Origin: Elsinoe ampelina
Lineage: Eukaryota
Reading direction: 5' to 3'
NCBI GenBank assembly: GCA_010093995.1
Contig: ML992511.1
Span: 357,917 to 421,916, forward strand
Length of the DNA stretch: 64,000 nucleotides
Below are positions 26,149-37,484 of this stretch, one piece after another. Under the pieces are notes generated by a model. That model did no database searches and had not been told where the DNA came from. It saw only the letters and a program-made list of their open reading frames with translations. The position numbers and the translations under genes are program-made. The stretch's first letter is position 1; each line of letters starts with the position of its first letter.

Positions 26149-26479
26149 CTAGCACCACAAATCAATGTGCGATGCGGTACAGAGTCGAGAAGCCCTGGTA
26201 CAACGGTCCAGTCGAGTGGATGAGTAAGAGCTTTTTTGCCCCTCTGCTGGACGGAGTTTGTGCTCAGTCATGTTGAGACAAGTCACGTGTACCGGAGAAA
26301 GAAGCAAACCCCAGAGCACAGCGACTGTTGCCACAAATGGGGGCCGTGAGGCTGCTGACATCGATATTTTGCGATTGAGGTGTCCTATGTCCGCTATGGT
26401 GTACATTTTGGGTGGCGCTTGTTTCTTGCCTCCATCCTCCATTCCCCATCTCCTCGTTGTCTGGCTCAACCTTCATGCT

Positions 26480-26998
26480 CTAATGATCCGGGTTCGCAGC
26501 ACGCTTTCCTTGCCGAGTGAGGCGCAGAGTACCGTCGACGTAGAGCTTGTGGATCATCGAGTAACCGGCGGCTGCAAGGGCAACGCTGTTTGCATATTAG
26601 TGAGTCCTTCGTTGTAATGGTCTTATGTGGACTTACCCAAGGACGACACCTGTAATGAATTGTCAGATAGGTCTAAATCGAGTGTAAGAGAGCAGAGCTT
26701 ACCGAGAGGAATCAACTCAGGAGGAATCTTCTTGAGTGTGCGGAGACGCTGAGAAATGGTGTGTGCTGTCGTTCTGTCAACGAATGCTAGGACTTCCTGG
26801 GTGAATGTCACGAACCACTGTGCTCCTCGCGCTATTCACATGTCAGTACTAAGAATCTCTTGGTCTAGTCGAGGTCGCGCTTACCGGCACTGGCGACTTC
26901 ATGCGAGGGGTTCCTTGGAACTTGATACCGCGGGTTTGCTGGGCGATCTTACTGGCTGGTGGGGCGCGGAATGCTTGCATGACAGGCTGCAGACGCAT
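26480..26998 (-). CDS. NDUFA4/MLRQ (COXFA4)-like mitochondrial respiratory subunit
   Basis: Five exons (26998-26885, 26831-26816, 26765-26703, 26649-26637, 26585-26480) total 312 nt in frame: MRLQPVMQAFR...VPREEHSAHTISQRLRTLKKIPPELIPLGVVLGVALAAAGYSMIHKLYVDGTLRLTRQG. Confidence 0.82.
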
Positions 26999-27268
26999 AG
27001 TCTGCGCCAGAGGCGTTATAGCTCGAGTTGAAATCATATTGTCTGACCAATGGATTGACAACTATTCTTCCTTCCAAGCTGTACGTGAAGTTGAGGTCGG
27101 AGCAATCCGCGAAGGAAGACGCACAGACCCATTTCTTGGCGATGAACTTCGGACGTCAACGACTCTTTGCGACCTCCTTCACATTATCACCGCTATAAGT
27201 CGACGACGACAAACCAGGAAGACGCCAAGTTCATTCTCCGAATCAATTTCGAGACCAACACCGCAATC

Positions 27269-27898
27269 ATGTCTGACGATGAGGAGCGCGTTACCATGCC
27301 CTTCAAGTTCGTGACGGGTAAGTTGCCACAGGAAGTACCATCTTTGACGATATACTGACAGATACAGCTGGTATGTTCTCCCTCTTCGATATCTCTCTCG
27401 GCTTGGCTACACGAAGCGATTGCCGAAACTGGACTTCGCCCCCATTCGACCTCCCGCTTCGACCCCTACTGCCACGCACTTTTCCCCCGAGCTTCAGGCA
27501 CTAACAAGGATACCTACAGGCTTCGATGCACGCTTTCCGAACCAGAACCAGACCAAACACTGTTTTTCGTCATACGTCGATGCAAGTAAAACGATTCTAC
27601 AGTGATTCCAAGAAGCTCATTGTTGGGACAGTATCACAAGTGCATTCTCGCAAAGGGAGAGGACTTCAAGCCTTGCCGTCAGGTATGGAGAACACATAAG
27701 AGATCAGGACACAAGTACAGACATCTGACTGCTCTCAGTTCCTTCTGGCATACAGGTCGCTTTGCCCCAGCTCATGGGCCCAGAGGTGGGACGACCTGAG
27801 AGGTAAGATGCAGGGATGAATTCATGAGGTCAGGATACTCACAGCAGACAGAGGCAGGCACATTCCCGGTCAACCTGGAGGAGTATGCGAACAAGTAG
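27269..27898 (+). CDS. COX12: Cytochrome c oxidase subunit 6B
   Basis: Six exons (27269-27317, 27368-27370, 27520-27581, 27632-27682, 27739-27802, 27852-27898) total 276 nt: MSDDEERVTMPFKFVTAGFDARFPNQNQTKHCFSSYVDYHKCILAKGEDFKPCRQFLLAYRSLCPSSWAQRWDDLREAGTFP, with the Cx9C...Cx10C pattern. Confidence 0.95.
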
Positions 27899-28076
27899 GG
27901 GGATATCTGTGTAGGCAAAGAGGGACAGGAGATGAGGTCGAGATAACATCAATCGCGCAATGCAAGATACTCAATCCCTCCTTGATTCACATCCAGACCT
28001 GTGATTTGCACATACAAAGCATCTATCGTTCAAGGACGTCGGTGAACTGTCTCCGTTGTGAAAGGGTATAACGCTA

Positions 28077-29741
28077 TCAAGTCTTATACAAACAATCCAA
28101 AAACCCAGCCGCCAACTCCCTCACAATCGTCTTATCCGGCAAACTCCCCGCAACACCATACAAAGCCGCCGCATCCCCCTTCTTCGCCCCCTTGGCCCCC
28201 TTGCCCTCCAAAATCCTCCTCCGTTCCTTCTCCTTCTCCTCCCCGACCACCGCCTCCAAATCCGCAATCAAATCCTCCACCGCCGCCACAATCGGCAACG
28301 TGACCGCCACATGAATCGCCGGCGGATCCTGCAGCGCATTCAAATGCCACCCTCTCGCGCTCAACGCATCCGCGATATCGTAGATATCCAACGTCTCACT
28401 CCTAAACGCCACTACACTGACCAACGGCTTCCCCATGACGATCAGATCCCTCAACGTCTCCCGCTCCTTGATCGCATCCGCGATCTGCTTCGCCGCCCCC
28501 ACGATCTTGTGGCACGCGTCGATGTACCCGTTCTCGCCCACGCTCATCAGGCTCGCCCAGCAGCCGGCGATGAGGGCGCCGGGCCGCGACCCCGCCATGT
28601 TGGGCGAGGCGTACACGCCGCCTGACCAGTCGGGGGAGATGAAGTATTGGTACTTGCGCAGCGCGGCGGTGCGGTAGAGGACGACGCTGTTGCCCTTGGG
28701 GGCGAAGCCGTATTTGTGGGTGTCGACGGAGATGCTGGTCACGCCGGGGAGGCGGAAGTCGAAGGCTTCGGTCTCGTAGCCGGCTTTGGCGAGGTAGGGC
28801 ACGAGGAAGCTGCCGAGGCAGCAGTCGACGTGGAGGGGGAGTTTGTGGCGGACGGCGAGGCGGGAGAGGGACGTGATGTCGTCGATGATGCCATGGGGAA
28901 AGTTGGGGGCGGAGCCGACGAGGAGGACGGTGTTGGAGTTGATGAGGCGGCTGACCATGCGGGTGTCGACGCGGTAGCTGGGGGCGGGGCAGGGAACCAT
29001 GCGGATTGTGATGCCGAAGTATTCTGCTGCTTTGCGGAAGGCTGTGTGGGCGGTTTCGGGGAGGATGATTTCGGGGCGGGTGACGCCTCTTTCCTTCCTG
29101 GCCTTCTCTCGCGCTCCTAGGACTGCCATGATGATGCTCTCGCTTCCACCACTGGTGGTAACACCTGCTGCGCCTTCTGGTGCGTTGAAGATACCCAGGA
29201 CCATTGCGACTACTTCTGCCTCCATCTTTCGGACTCCAGGGAATACATCCGGATGAATAGGGTTGGCGACGCCGAACTTCCCGAATGCCTCAGCCTGCAG
29301 CTCACACAGCTCCTTCCCACCATGATAAACCGCGCCAGAGACCCTCCCGTCTTCCCATCTCGTATGCTTCATATCACCCAACTTCTGCAGCTCTGCCCGA
29401 ACCTGCTCCCCTGTCCATCCCTCCACAGGCAACGATGTGAACTTGCTCGTTCCGGTCTCGCTGGGCAGCAATTTCTGCTCGAGTCCATAGATGGCGGATC
29501 GTACCTGTGCGTCGACCTTGGTGCGAATGCCAGGCAGTGAGATGAAGAGGCGGTACAGCCGGGCTTTCACGGATCGGTAGAGGAGTTGAGCAGATAGGAT
29601 AGGGCCGTAGCCGTGGAGATATAGCAGAAGGAGGCGGAGGTTGCGGGTTATGAACAGTAGGAAGAGGACATTGCGCGCCAGGGATACGGTGGTGAGGAGA
29701 GTTTGGCGCGAGGAAGTAGAGGTGGTGAGGGGAAGCTTCAT
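28077..29741 (-). CDS. DPL1: Sphingosine-1-phosphate lyase (PLP-dependent)
   Basis: Intronless 554-aa ORF with WEDGRVSGAVYHGG, NPIHPDVFPGVRKMEAEVV, TSGGSESI, HVDCCLGSF and the PLP-lysine motif SISVDTHKYG. Confidence 0.95.
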   Translation of the reverse strand: MKLPLTTSTSSRQTLLTTVSLARNVLFLLFITRNLRLLLLYLHGYGPILSAQLLYRSVKARLYRLFISLPGIRTKVDAQVRSAIYGLEQKLLPSETGTSKFTSLPVEGWTGEQVRAELQKLGDMKHTRWEDGRVSGAVYHGGKELCELQAEAFGKFGVANPIHPDVFPGVRKMEAEVVAMVLGIFNAPEGAAGVTTSGGSESIIMAVLGAREKARKERGVTRPEIILPETAHTAFRKAAEYFGITIRMVPCPAPSYRVDTRMVSRLINSNTVLLVGSAPNFPHGIIDDITSLSRLAVRHKLPLHVDCCLGSFLVPYLAKAGYETEAFDFRLPGVTSISVDTHKYGFAPKGNSVVLYRTAALRKYQYFISPDWSGGVYASPNMAGSRPGALIAGCWASLMSVGENGYIDACHKIVGAAKQIADAIKERETLRDLIVMGKPLVSVVAFRSETLDIYDIADALSARGWHLNALQDPPAIHVAVTLPIVAAVEDLIADLEAVVGEEKEKERRRILEGKGAKGAKKGDAAALYGVAGSLPDKTIVRELAAGFLDCLYKT

Positions 29742-30219
29742 CTTGGTGACTGATAGTGGAATCGGTGTGCTAAGATTGATGTTCGATGGTGATCTAGTAC
29801 ATCGCTGAAGATTGTCGCGTCCTGAGATATAGAGCTGGAGCCTGTTCGGGGCTTGTTGTCGGCAATTGCAGATTCGCAGTGTTCCGACACAGAAAGATGT
29901 TCTGAACCAAAGGGATGTCTATGGATTTGCTTAAAGCGGGATGATGCGAAAGCTTGACAAGGTCCGAAATGTCCGAAGTCGAAACGAAATTTCCGGAACG
30001 CGTGCACAAAGCTTATCGGCAATCAGGGTCCACTGCGCTGTTATCACCTCCTTACATACAGCAGACGAGGTCTTGCGTCTTATGTAGTCAAAATTCTTTT
30101 CATTCCATCAAGACATTAATGAGCGTCGTGAGATAATCTCAAATCTATGGCATAATCATAAAGCCGTTAATCCTGGGTATCCCATCTACTTTTCTGGACC
30201 AGTGCGAAAGAAAATTGGC

Positions 30220-31291
30220 TCAGCAGTGGACGTATCCGTCACTGTGAGTGTGGCACTGCATGATCATTAGTCCGACTTCCATATGGGTAGCTGGGACAAA
30301 CGTACAGAAGCGTCGGCGGACGAGGTTCCAGAGGCTGCCTGAGACGACGTTGCCGATGCAGATACGGAGACGGCGGCGGCGGACTGGCACATAACAGCTC
30401 CGTTAGCCATGGTCTGACAAGCCTTCTCGCCATCAGTCGATGGACCAAGAATTAGGGAAAGGGAGGACTTACGGTGCCGGAGGCTGTCGCAGTGGCGGTA
30501 CTGCTGGTGGTGCTAGCCGCCGCAGACGACGATGAGGTCGAGCGAAGGACGCCAGCACAACCCTCACCAGGGTAGGAAATATCGAATCCGTACACATCTA
30601 GGGCGAACATCTGAATAGTCTCGCTGTTGCGAGTGGTCTCATTGGGGCGAAGCTGAGCGAGCTCGGTAACGTTCTGGTAGCCATCTGCGTAGTGGTCGAC
30701 GAGGCCTTCAGCGATGTTGGGAAGGTGGAGCATGCGGTGGATCAAGTCAGAAGCCCAGTAGACGTTCAGCTCGCCATTCGCGACGTCGTAACCGTAGCCG
30801 CACATGCCTTCCAGGGGCATGCGGGCGATGAATGACAGCGGGCAGATGTTGGTCTCCTCGGTGGCATTGGCGCCGCGGTAGTATCCGCCCCAGCCGGATT
30901 GCTCGCACTTGTCATCTGGATCATCGCAGCGGAACCAGTTGGGCGTCTTGTCGGCGTTGATGATACGGTCGTACCAGCCGACGGCCTCAGCAGTGGAAGC
31001 GTTGCCAAAGTACTTCTGGTAGTGGGCGTCGTCCTTGCCGCGGAGAAGGATGTGATCCTTGGCCTGCTGAGCCATGGCGCGAGCGTCGTTGAGACCCTTG
31101 GTGAGGAGGGCACGCTCGGTGGCATTGCAGGAGGAGTGGATAGGGAAGTCGGTGCGTACACCCTGGTTCCACTGATATCCAGTCGCCGCAGCCGCGGATG
31201 CTGTCGCCGTGACGGTCACATACTGGATCGCTTGAGGAGCTGCTGCAGCCAGCTGGCTGAGAGCAATGGAGGCGAGAATGAAAGACTTCAT
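30220..31291 (-). CDS. aspf2: Secreted zincophore, Pra1/Aspf2/Zps1 family
   Basis: Exons 31291-30473, 30413-30306 and 30255-30220. Signal peptide, FPIHSSCNATE, FRCDDPD, GWGGYYRG.NAT.ET.IC, the HRXXH motif ASDLIHRMLHLP and the C-terminal CHTHSDGYVHC. Confidence 0.92.
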
Positions 31292-32423
31292 GATAACAAG
31301 ATAATGGTCGGGGTTAAAGAGAGGATGGTAGCAAGTGAGGTAAGTGTCGATGTAACGAAGTAGCTCTGGACCACGTTCGGTAGGGCCGTGGTCTCTTTAT
31401 ACTCATATGCTCTTGAAAACTTCTTCACCATCCCACGCTGTCGCCGTCATTGCAGCATCTTCACACTACCTTGATGGAGCAGCACCGACCTGAACCACAC
31501 GGCGGAACTGCGAGTGATGCTCAACAAAGTCGCCTGTTCGGTGACAGAGGCGAAAAGAACGCAGCGAAGTCGTCTTGGCTTCCAATAATCGCACCGAAAA
31601 CGGGAGGTGGAGTTGGTTCCTGGTAGATCACCGACCTGGTATGCATGCCCGGGTGTGATTTTCCCTGCAGAGCATGACCATCGTCCTCGCTTGGCTGCAG
31701 TATCTGGTCGTTCGCGCGGTCAAGGTTTTCACCCGGAGATCCACAACCTGCGCCGCTGATGGAGGTGCCAAGGAGGATCAAGTGCGGCGAAGCATACAGC
31801 ACGTGTTTACGGTAGTATCGAAGTGGAGAAGAAGGAAAAACGATGGCTAAAAGCACGCGGTTGCCATGGGCTGCAGGGACTTCTTGCGGCCAATGGTGGG
31901 CAGGGACCCAGGGCGTTGCAGCTCAGAAATGCGCCATCTTACCGCAATGCGGCGCACCCAACGAGTTGGATCTGCCGCAGATGGACAAAGAAAGCGCAAC
32001 CCGACCATGTCTTGGAGTCGAGCAAATGCTTTCTGGATGTTCTTGGCTTCCCGCCGGCGGATTAGACTTCGCGGCGTTGTCCATCAGGGTAGACTTCCGA
32101 ATCCACCTTCGGCTTATCCGACCTCAGCCCGTACATGATTGGTCTTTTCTACCTCTTCGATTGGTCACAGAGCCTCACAATTGTCCATCCTTGTAGGGAT
32201 CACCACGGCTCGCCGCTGCTCGCCTCGACATCTGGTGGCCTTGGTATGAGCTTGGCATCCCACCGCTCCGCGACACCAGAATGGGCAGGCAATTCGTCCC
32301 GTCCCTTTGAAAAAGTAACCCTTCTTCCTTTCAGGCTTTGAGGGACCACTTTGCTGTGAAAGTGGTTGTGGGCGACTTTCTCTCTTTTACTTTCTCTTAC
32401 CTTTCGAACACAATCCAACAACA
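31292..32423. promoter_or_regulatory. Bidirectional promoter with putative ZafA/Zap1 zinc-response elements and PacC/Rim101 sites
   Basis: TCCATCAAGGTAG (- strand, 31466-31478) and TCCATCAGGGTAG (+ strand, 32060-32072) match at 12/13 and carry the CARGGT core; another CAAGGT lies at 31721. Five GCCAAG/CTTGGC hexamers start at 31574, 31690, 31767, 32042 and 32251. Confidence 0.65.
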
Positions 32424-34474
32424 ATGTCCTACAGGCTCTCCCTCCTCCTGGCAGGCAGCTATGCGGCAGGCGCCCTTGGCCAGACATTCATCGTCTCGGC
32501 TTGTAGCACGGTCTCCGGACAGCAGTATGTGTAACCTCACGTGGCACCCGCGTGGCCAAACATTGACTTGTCAAAGAGTATGCCAGGGACCTAGCGGCAC
32601 TCCCGTGACATTCACTGGTACCTCGGCCTCAGCTACAGCTGCTCCATCGATCACTACGGCGCCAGCATCCACTTCTGCTTCTGCGACCACTTCGCGCGCC
32701 AGCATGTCCGTGACAGCCATCAGCCAGTGTCACTACCACGGGTCGGAACCCTTCTGTTTCGCAGGCACGGCCGAGTACGAGATTCTTGACGCGCCTACTC
32801 GTACGGAGGAACTAGCCGCCCAGTACACGGACTGTCACGCTCACGGTTCGACCGAGATGTATCGACCTTCCGAATTTCGTTGCTGGACAAGATGCTGACA
32901 TTCTTCAGGTTTTGTGTAGGACCTGATGGCCAGGATGTGGAGGTACGCGCCGAGGGTGCTACCGAGGAGAGCGAGGATAGCCATGACCATGGTGGTGAGG
33001 ATGGGCACAATCATACCACCTCGGCTTCGGCGGGCTCACAAACCGTGACAGGAGCTTCCTCTACTGCTACTGCTACCGGCGGTTCCAGAGAAGGCTACTC
33101 GTGTCATTTCCACGTAACTTTTGGAGCCCTGGGAGCTATGCTCCTTGCTGCTTTGTTGTAGATAGTTGACCGAATGCAGGGCGGTGTTGAGCATTGTCTT
33201 GCTCCCGGCGAATCCGAAGGCGGTGGCTCGCGCAATTGCGACGCTCAGACCCGCGAATACAACATTCCTCTCCGCGTCGGCATGCTGTTTGTCGTACTCG
33301 TCACCAGCTCGATTGGTATGTTGCGGTCACGTTCACTTTTGCCACTCAACTGTGCACTTTGCGTACCCGACTATCAACCCGATATTGCTTGCAAGACCAT
33401 CTAGAGAACACTACTAACGACGATGTAGCCGTCTTTACGCCAATTCTGCTATCATCGGTGCTGAAGAATCGAATCGTATCCTTCGTCCTCCTGCAGCTCA
33501 AGCAGTTCGGCACCGGAGTCTTGGTCTCTACAGCTTTCGTTCACGTAAGCCCCGAGGCGGATTTCGCTTCTTGCATAGACAAAGCTGATCTTATCATACC
33601 AGCTATACACCCACGCCGAGCTAATGCTCACCAACTCCTGCATCACCTGGCCAGAACGCTACGAAGGCACAACCGCAGCGATCGTCATGGCCGGCATCTT
33701 CCTCTCCTTCCTAGTCGAATACGTCGGCTCCCGCATCATCATCCGCGCCTTCAGCAAAGACAACGTAGGGGGCGAAACCGGCAGCTCCCGCGACTCCGCC
33801 GCCGACTCGAGCGAGGAGAACAGCAAGAGCACCGCCGAAGCCACCCTGGCTCACATGGGCCACGGCATGAACGACCACGCCGGCACGTTCTTCGCACACC
33901 CGCAACAGCAGAAACTCTCCGTCCTAGTCGTCGAAGCCGGAATCGTGTTCCACTCCGTCCGTACGTCTCCCTTCCCCCTCCCTCCTCCCCCTGGAACCCC
34001 ATCCCCCACTAACCCCACCCAGTAATCGGCCTCACCCTCATCCTCGCAGGCGACTCCGTCTTCGGCTCCCTCGTCGTCGTCATCATCTTCCACCAAATGT
34101 TCGAAGGCCTCGCCCTGGGCTCCCGCATCGCCGAACTCCCCACCTCCTCCCCCCCCGGCGGCGGCGCCCCCGTCACCATGCTCACCAAGTACCTCTACGC
34201 CGGCGTCTTCGCGCTCATCACCCCCATCGGTATGGCCATCGGCTTGGGCGTGCTTGATACCTGGAACGGCAACGACGCGGGGACGTTGATCGCCATTGGG
34301 ACGCTGGATGCGTTGTCGGCGGGCATTTTGGCCTGGGTGAGTCTGGTGGAGATGTGGGCGGGGGATTGGTTGCATGGGCCGTTGGCGAGGGCGAGTGCCA
34401 AGGTGGCGGGGCCGAGTTTGGGGAGTTTGATGTTGGGGATGGTGTTGATGAGTGTGTTGGGGAAGTGGGCGTGA
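32424..34474 (+). CDS. zrfC: ZIP-family zinc transporter with long extracellular Cys/His N-terminus (ZrfC/Zrt1-like)
   Basis: Seven exons (introns 32525-32576, 32859-32908, 33114-33179, 33316-33428, 33545-33602, 33961-34022). Signal peptide, the repeats CHYHG..FC, CHAHG..FC and CHFHGGVEHC, and the ZIP motifs KQFGTGVLVSTAFVH, EAGIVFHSVLIGLTL and FHQMFEGLALG. Confidence 0.93.
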
Positions 34475-34806
34475 TGTCGCCCAGGGTAGGGGGGAGATGG
34501 GGGAGAGGGGAAGGGGGGATAGGGGACGGTAATGACCTAATGCGTTGTGCATGGGAGGGAGCACTCGTTTTCTGCTGCAGGGAAAAGGGACAAGGCATGG
34601 AAAGGGATAGGGAAAATGCATCATGGAATAGATGATACCACTCTTTACGAATCGATGAGCTTTAGCGGCAATCTGCCCATGTCTCACAGCTTGACCAAGT
34701 ACGATTATTCGTTTACATTTTGATGCTGTATGACGAATCTGTGTTTCTAGCATTCTGCATCTCCTCACTTTCACACCCTCCTCTCCCTCACTATCCAGCA
34801 ACCACC

Positions 34807-36707
34807 TCACGCCTCATAAGGAACCGGCAACCCCTTCCTCGGCCGCCTCAAAATCCTCGGCACCACCGGCACCGCCGTCCCAGTCGTCGGCGTCGGCAAG
34901 GGGACATACGGCTCGGTATGCGTCGCCTTGGCCTCACCCTCGGTGCCCAAATCAGGCGTGACCTCCTTCTCCCCCGTCGCAATATCATAATGATTCAGCG
35001 TCCTGTTGAAGATCTCCAACGTCGCGAGAGGCTGGTAGTACGGCGCCTCATGGCCCGCTTCGTACAGACGGGTGAACGAGAAGTTGCCATACTGGCGCAC
35101 TTCACCGTATTCTTGCCCGTCGACGATGACTGGCGCGTACCCTGCTTTGCGGAAGTGCTCGGCGTGGGTGTAGTTGACGGCGAGAGAGACGGCTTCGCCG
35201 CCGAACCAGTTGCAGATGTAGTCTGCGTCGCCGTACAGGAGGGAGACCCGCACGGACTGGTTGAGGAGGTACTCGAGGTCTTCGATGAAGTTGTCGAAGA
35301 CGAAGTCGCCGGTTTGTTGGAAGGCGTAGTAGATGTCGGTGTTACTGGTGGTGTAGTTGAGGTCGACGCCGATGGCTTGTTGGACGGAGGCTTGTTGGAG
35401 GTAGTCGGCGAAGTACTTAGGAGGCTCGGGGTCGTCGAAGGGGTGGCGGATGTCGTAGACGCCACGACCGCCGAAAGAGTAGTAGGGTCCTTCGACGTTG
35501 TCACGACACATACTTTGGGCCTCGGAGCAGATGGCGTTGGTAGCTTGATCGAGTGGAGGAGTGGCGCGGGCCTGGCGGCAGTACTCGACTTGCTGGAGAC
35601 AGCCGTTAGGCATGTAGGCCGCGAACTTCATATAGTTGTACACGGTGTCGTTTATGGCTTTGATTCCGTAGGTGTTGTTGACGGCGAACTCTGGGTAGTA
35701 AGGTGCTTGGGTGTACTCATCGATGATGCCGTTGATTATACCAAGAGCGTTGAAATTGAGTGGGATACCCTGAATGCTACCATTGTTGATTGCCTTGTTC
35801 TGTTCGTTGAAATAGTTGAAGAACGCAGGACCGTAGTGACCACCATAAGACTCCGTCCAGAGATTGAACTCCTTGGATTGGATCTCAGGGTCAAGCTGTG
35901 GTAGACCACTATAGAAGCCCTGAAGGACGTGCCAAGCTGCAATGGCGGCCAGGTCGGTGGTGTCGACCTCTGTGGCATTGATCACTGGCCAGCGACCGTA
36001 GTCGAAGCCGGTCGTATCGTTCTGGAAAGAGCCGGTGGCATTGTTGAAAGATCCAAGACCCTTCTCACCGTAGCTGAAGCCTACGCCAACAGGCTGACTG
36101 AGGAAAAGCATGTTCGAGACTTCATTCCAAGCGTATGGATTGATCTGGGATTTCAGGTCCTCGGTGATGTTACACGGGCCAAGTTCTGTGAAGAGTGTCA
36201 GCGTGACCAAGATAGTGTGCTTCTATTGCGAGTTTCACGGACCCTGAAAGAGACCGATCAAAGAGTCACTACCAGGGCCACCATTCAGCCATAGCGTGAT
36301 TGGGTCGCCAGCTGGGTCGCGCCTTGACTCGAAGAACCTGGTTCGAATGTGAGCTCCTTGGTCAAGCTGTTTGCGCCTCTTTACCTACCAGAAGAAGACG
36401 TGGACGTCTGGCGCTAGGTCAACGTAGCCGGAGTAGGAGTGGACACCGGGTGTCGTTTCGCAGATACCCTCGTTGCCTGGCTCCTTGTACGAGATCGTGA
36501 CGTTCGTCGGAGTCTGCAGGATGTTACTCATGAGATGATTTGCCAAGTCGGTGGACGTACAGTAATGGTCTTTACTCCAGTGACCTCGCCAGGAAGATAC
36601 TGCCTCTTGACGAACGGCCTCCCAAGCTTAGCTCCCATAAAGGCCGAGGTCGAAGAAACCTGCAGCGACAGCGCAAAGGCTGCGGAAAGGATACCACTGT
36701 ACAACAT
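34807..36707 (-). CDS. Secreted serine carboxypeptidase, peptidase S10
   Basis: Signal peptide from ATG 36707 and three 5' introns. Motifs: [37 protein letters not shown], the catalytic Ser motif [20 protein letters not shown] and [10 protein letters not shown]. Confidence 0.93.
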
Positions 36708-37142
36708 CTTGACTTGTGGATCTCTGAAAAGCTCCAATGCTCTGTCCGCGGTCCGGGCGAGGTGGCCATTATGGTAATATATACTCACCCACCACGGCTA
36801 CTCGCCTACCTGTTTGGAAAAATTCCATCAAAAGCTCTCCGCCCTAATAGCATCACGTCAGGGCCGTAAATCTACGCAATGACCAGCACCGTCGTCAGTC
36901 CCTGTCAAGCTTCACCAAGCTCAGTCAAGAACGCCGCCGAGAGAGATCAAGCTTAATAGCGCGCTGACAAGCACGAAGCGGGGCTTGCTTGGCTCTATCA
37001 GCGAGATCGGATTGGCTGTCGGTGTTGGGACGTGGATCGTGCTAGGGCTGGTGGTGGTAGCACGAGCACTATAGCTGTATGAGGCAGCTGGGTTGACAGG
37101 TCGTCATACCGCGCGTGAGGAGGAGCCGGTGGTTCATGTTGG

Positions 37143-37484
37143 TACAGTCAAAGCTGGCTATAGTGATGCCTGTTGTCTGACACCTTTTTATCAGGAGCCT
37201 TGGCGGCTTTCGTGAGCCCCAAATTGCCGGTTTGGGCTTAGTCTGATGGCAAGATAAGGTTTTTGCGGCGATCTTGGCAAGAAACGCCCGGGCCTCCGTG
37301 CTAGAAAGCTTAAAACACACTAAAAAGCCCCTCGGCTATAGTGATAATCAGGCTTAAAACGTATCACTATTATTATAGCCAGCTTTATCACTGTAAGCAC
37401 CAAAGTCCGGCCTGTCTGGAGATTTTGATCACTACAGCCAGCATATCACTATACACCATATCACTATAGTCAACTTTGACTGTA
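37143..37484. mobile_element. Non-autonomous Tc1/mariner-type MITE (338 bp, TA target-site duplication)
   Basis: TA at 37143-37144 is followed by the left TIR CAGTCAAAGCTGGCTATAGTGAT (37145-37167). The right TIR ATCACTATAGTCAACTTTGACTG (37460-37482) is followed by TA at 37483-37484. The TIRs match at 21/23, and the ATCACT(A/G) core recurs internally. Confidence 0.85.

Noticed and set aside
34720..35904. 394-aa plus-strand ORF
   Set aside because: It is the antisense shadow of the carboxypeptidase, produced by biased codon usage.
37330..37470. Spaced ATCACTA repeats considered as a CRISPR-like array
   Set aside because: The genome is eukaryotic, spacing is irregular and orientation mixed. 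The repeats are explained as MITE subterminal motifs.
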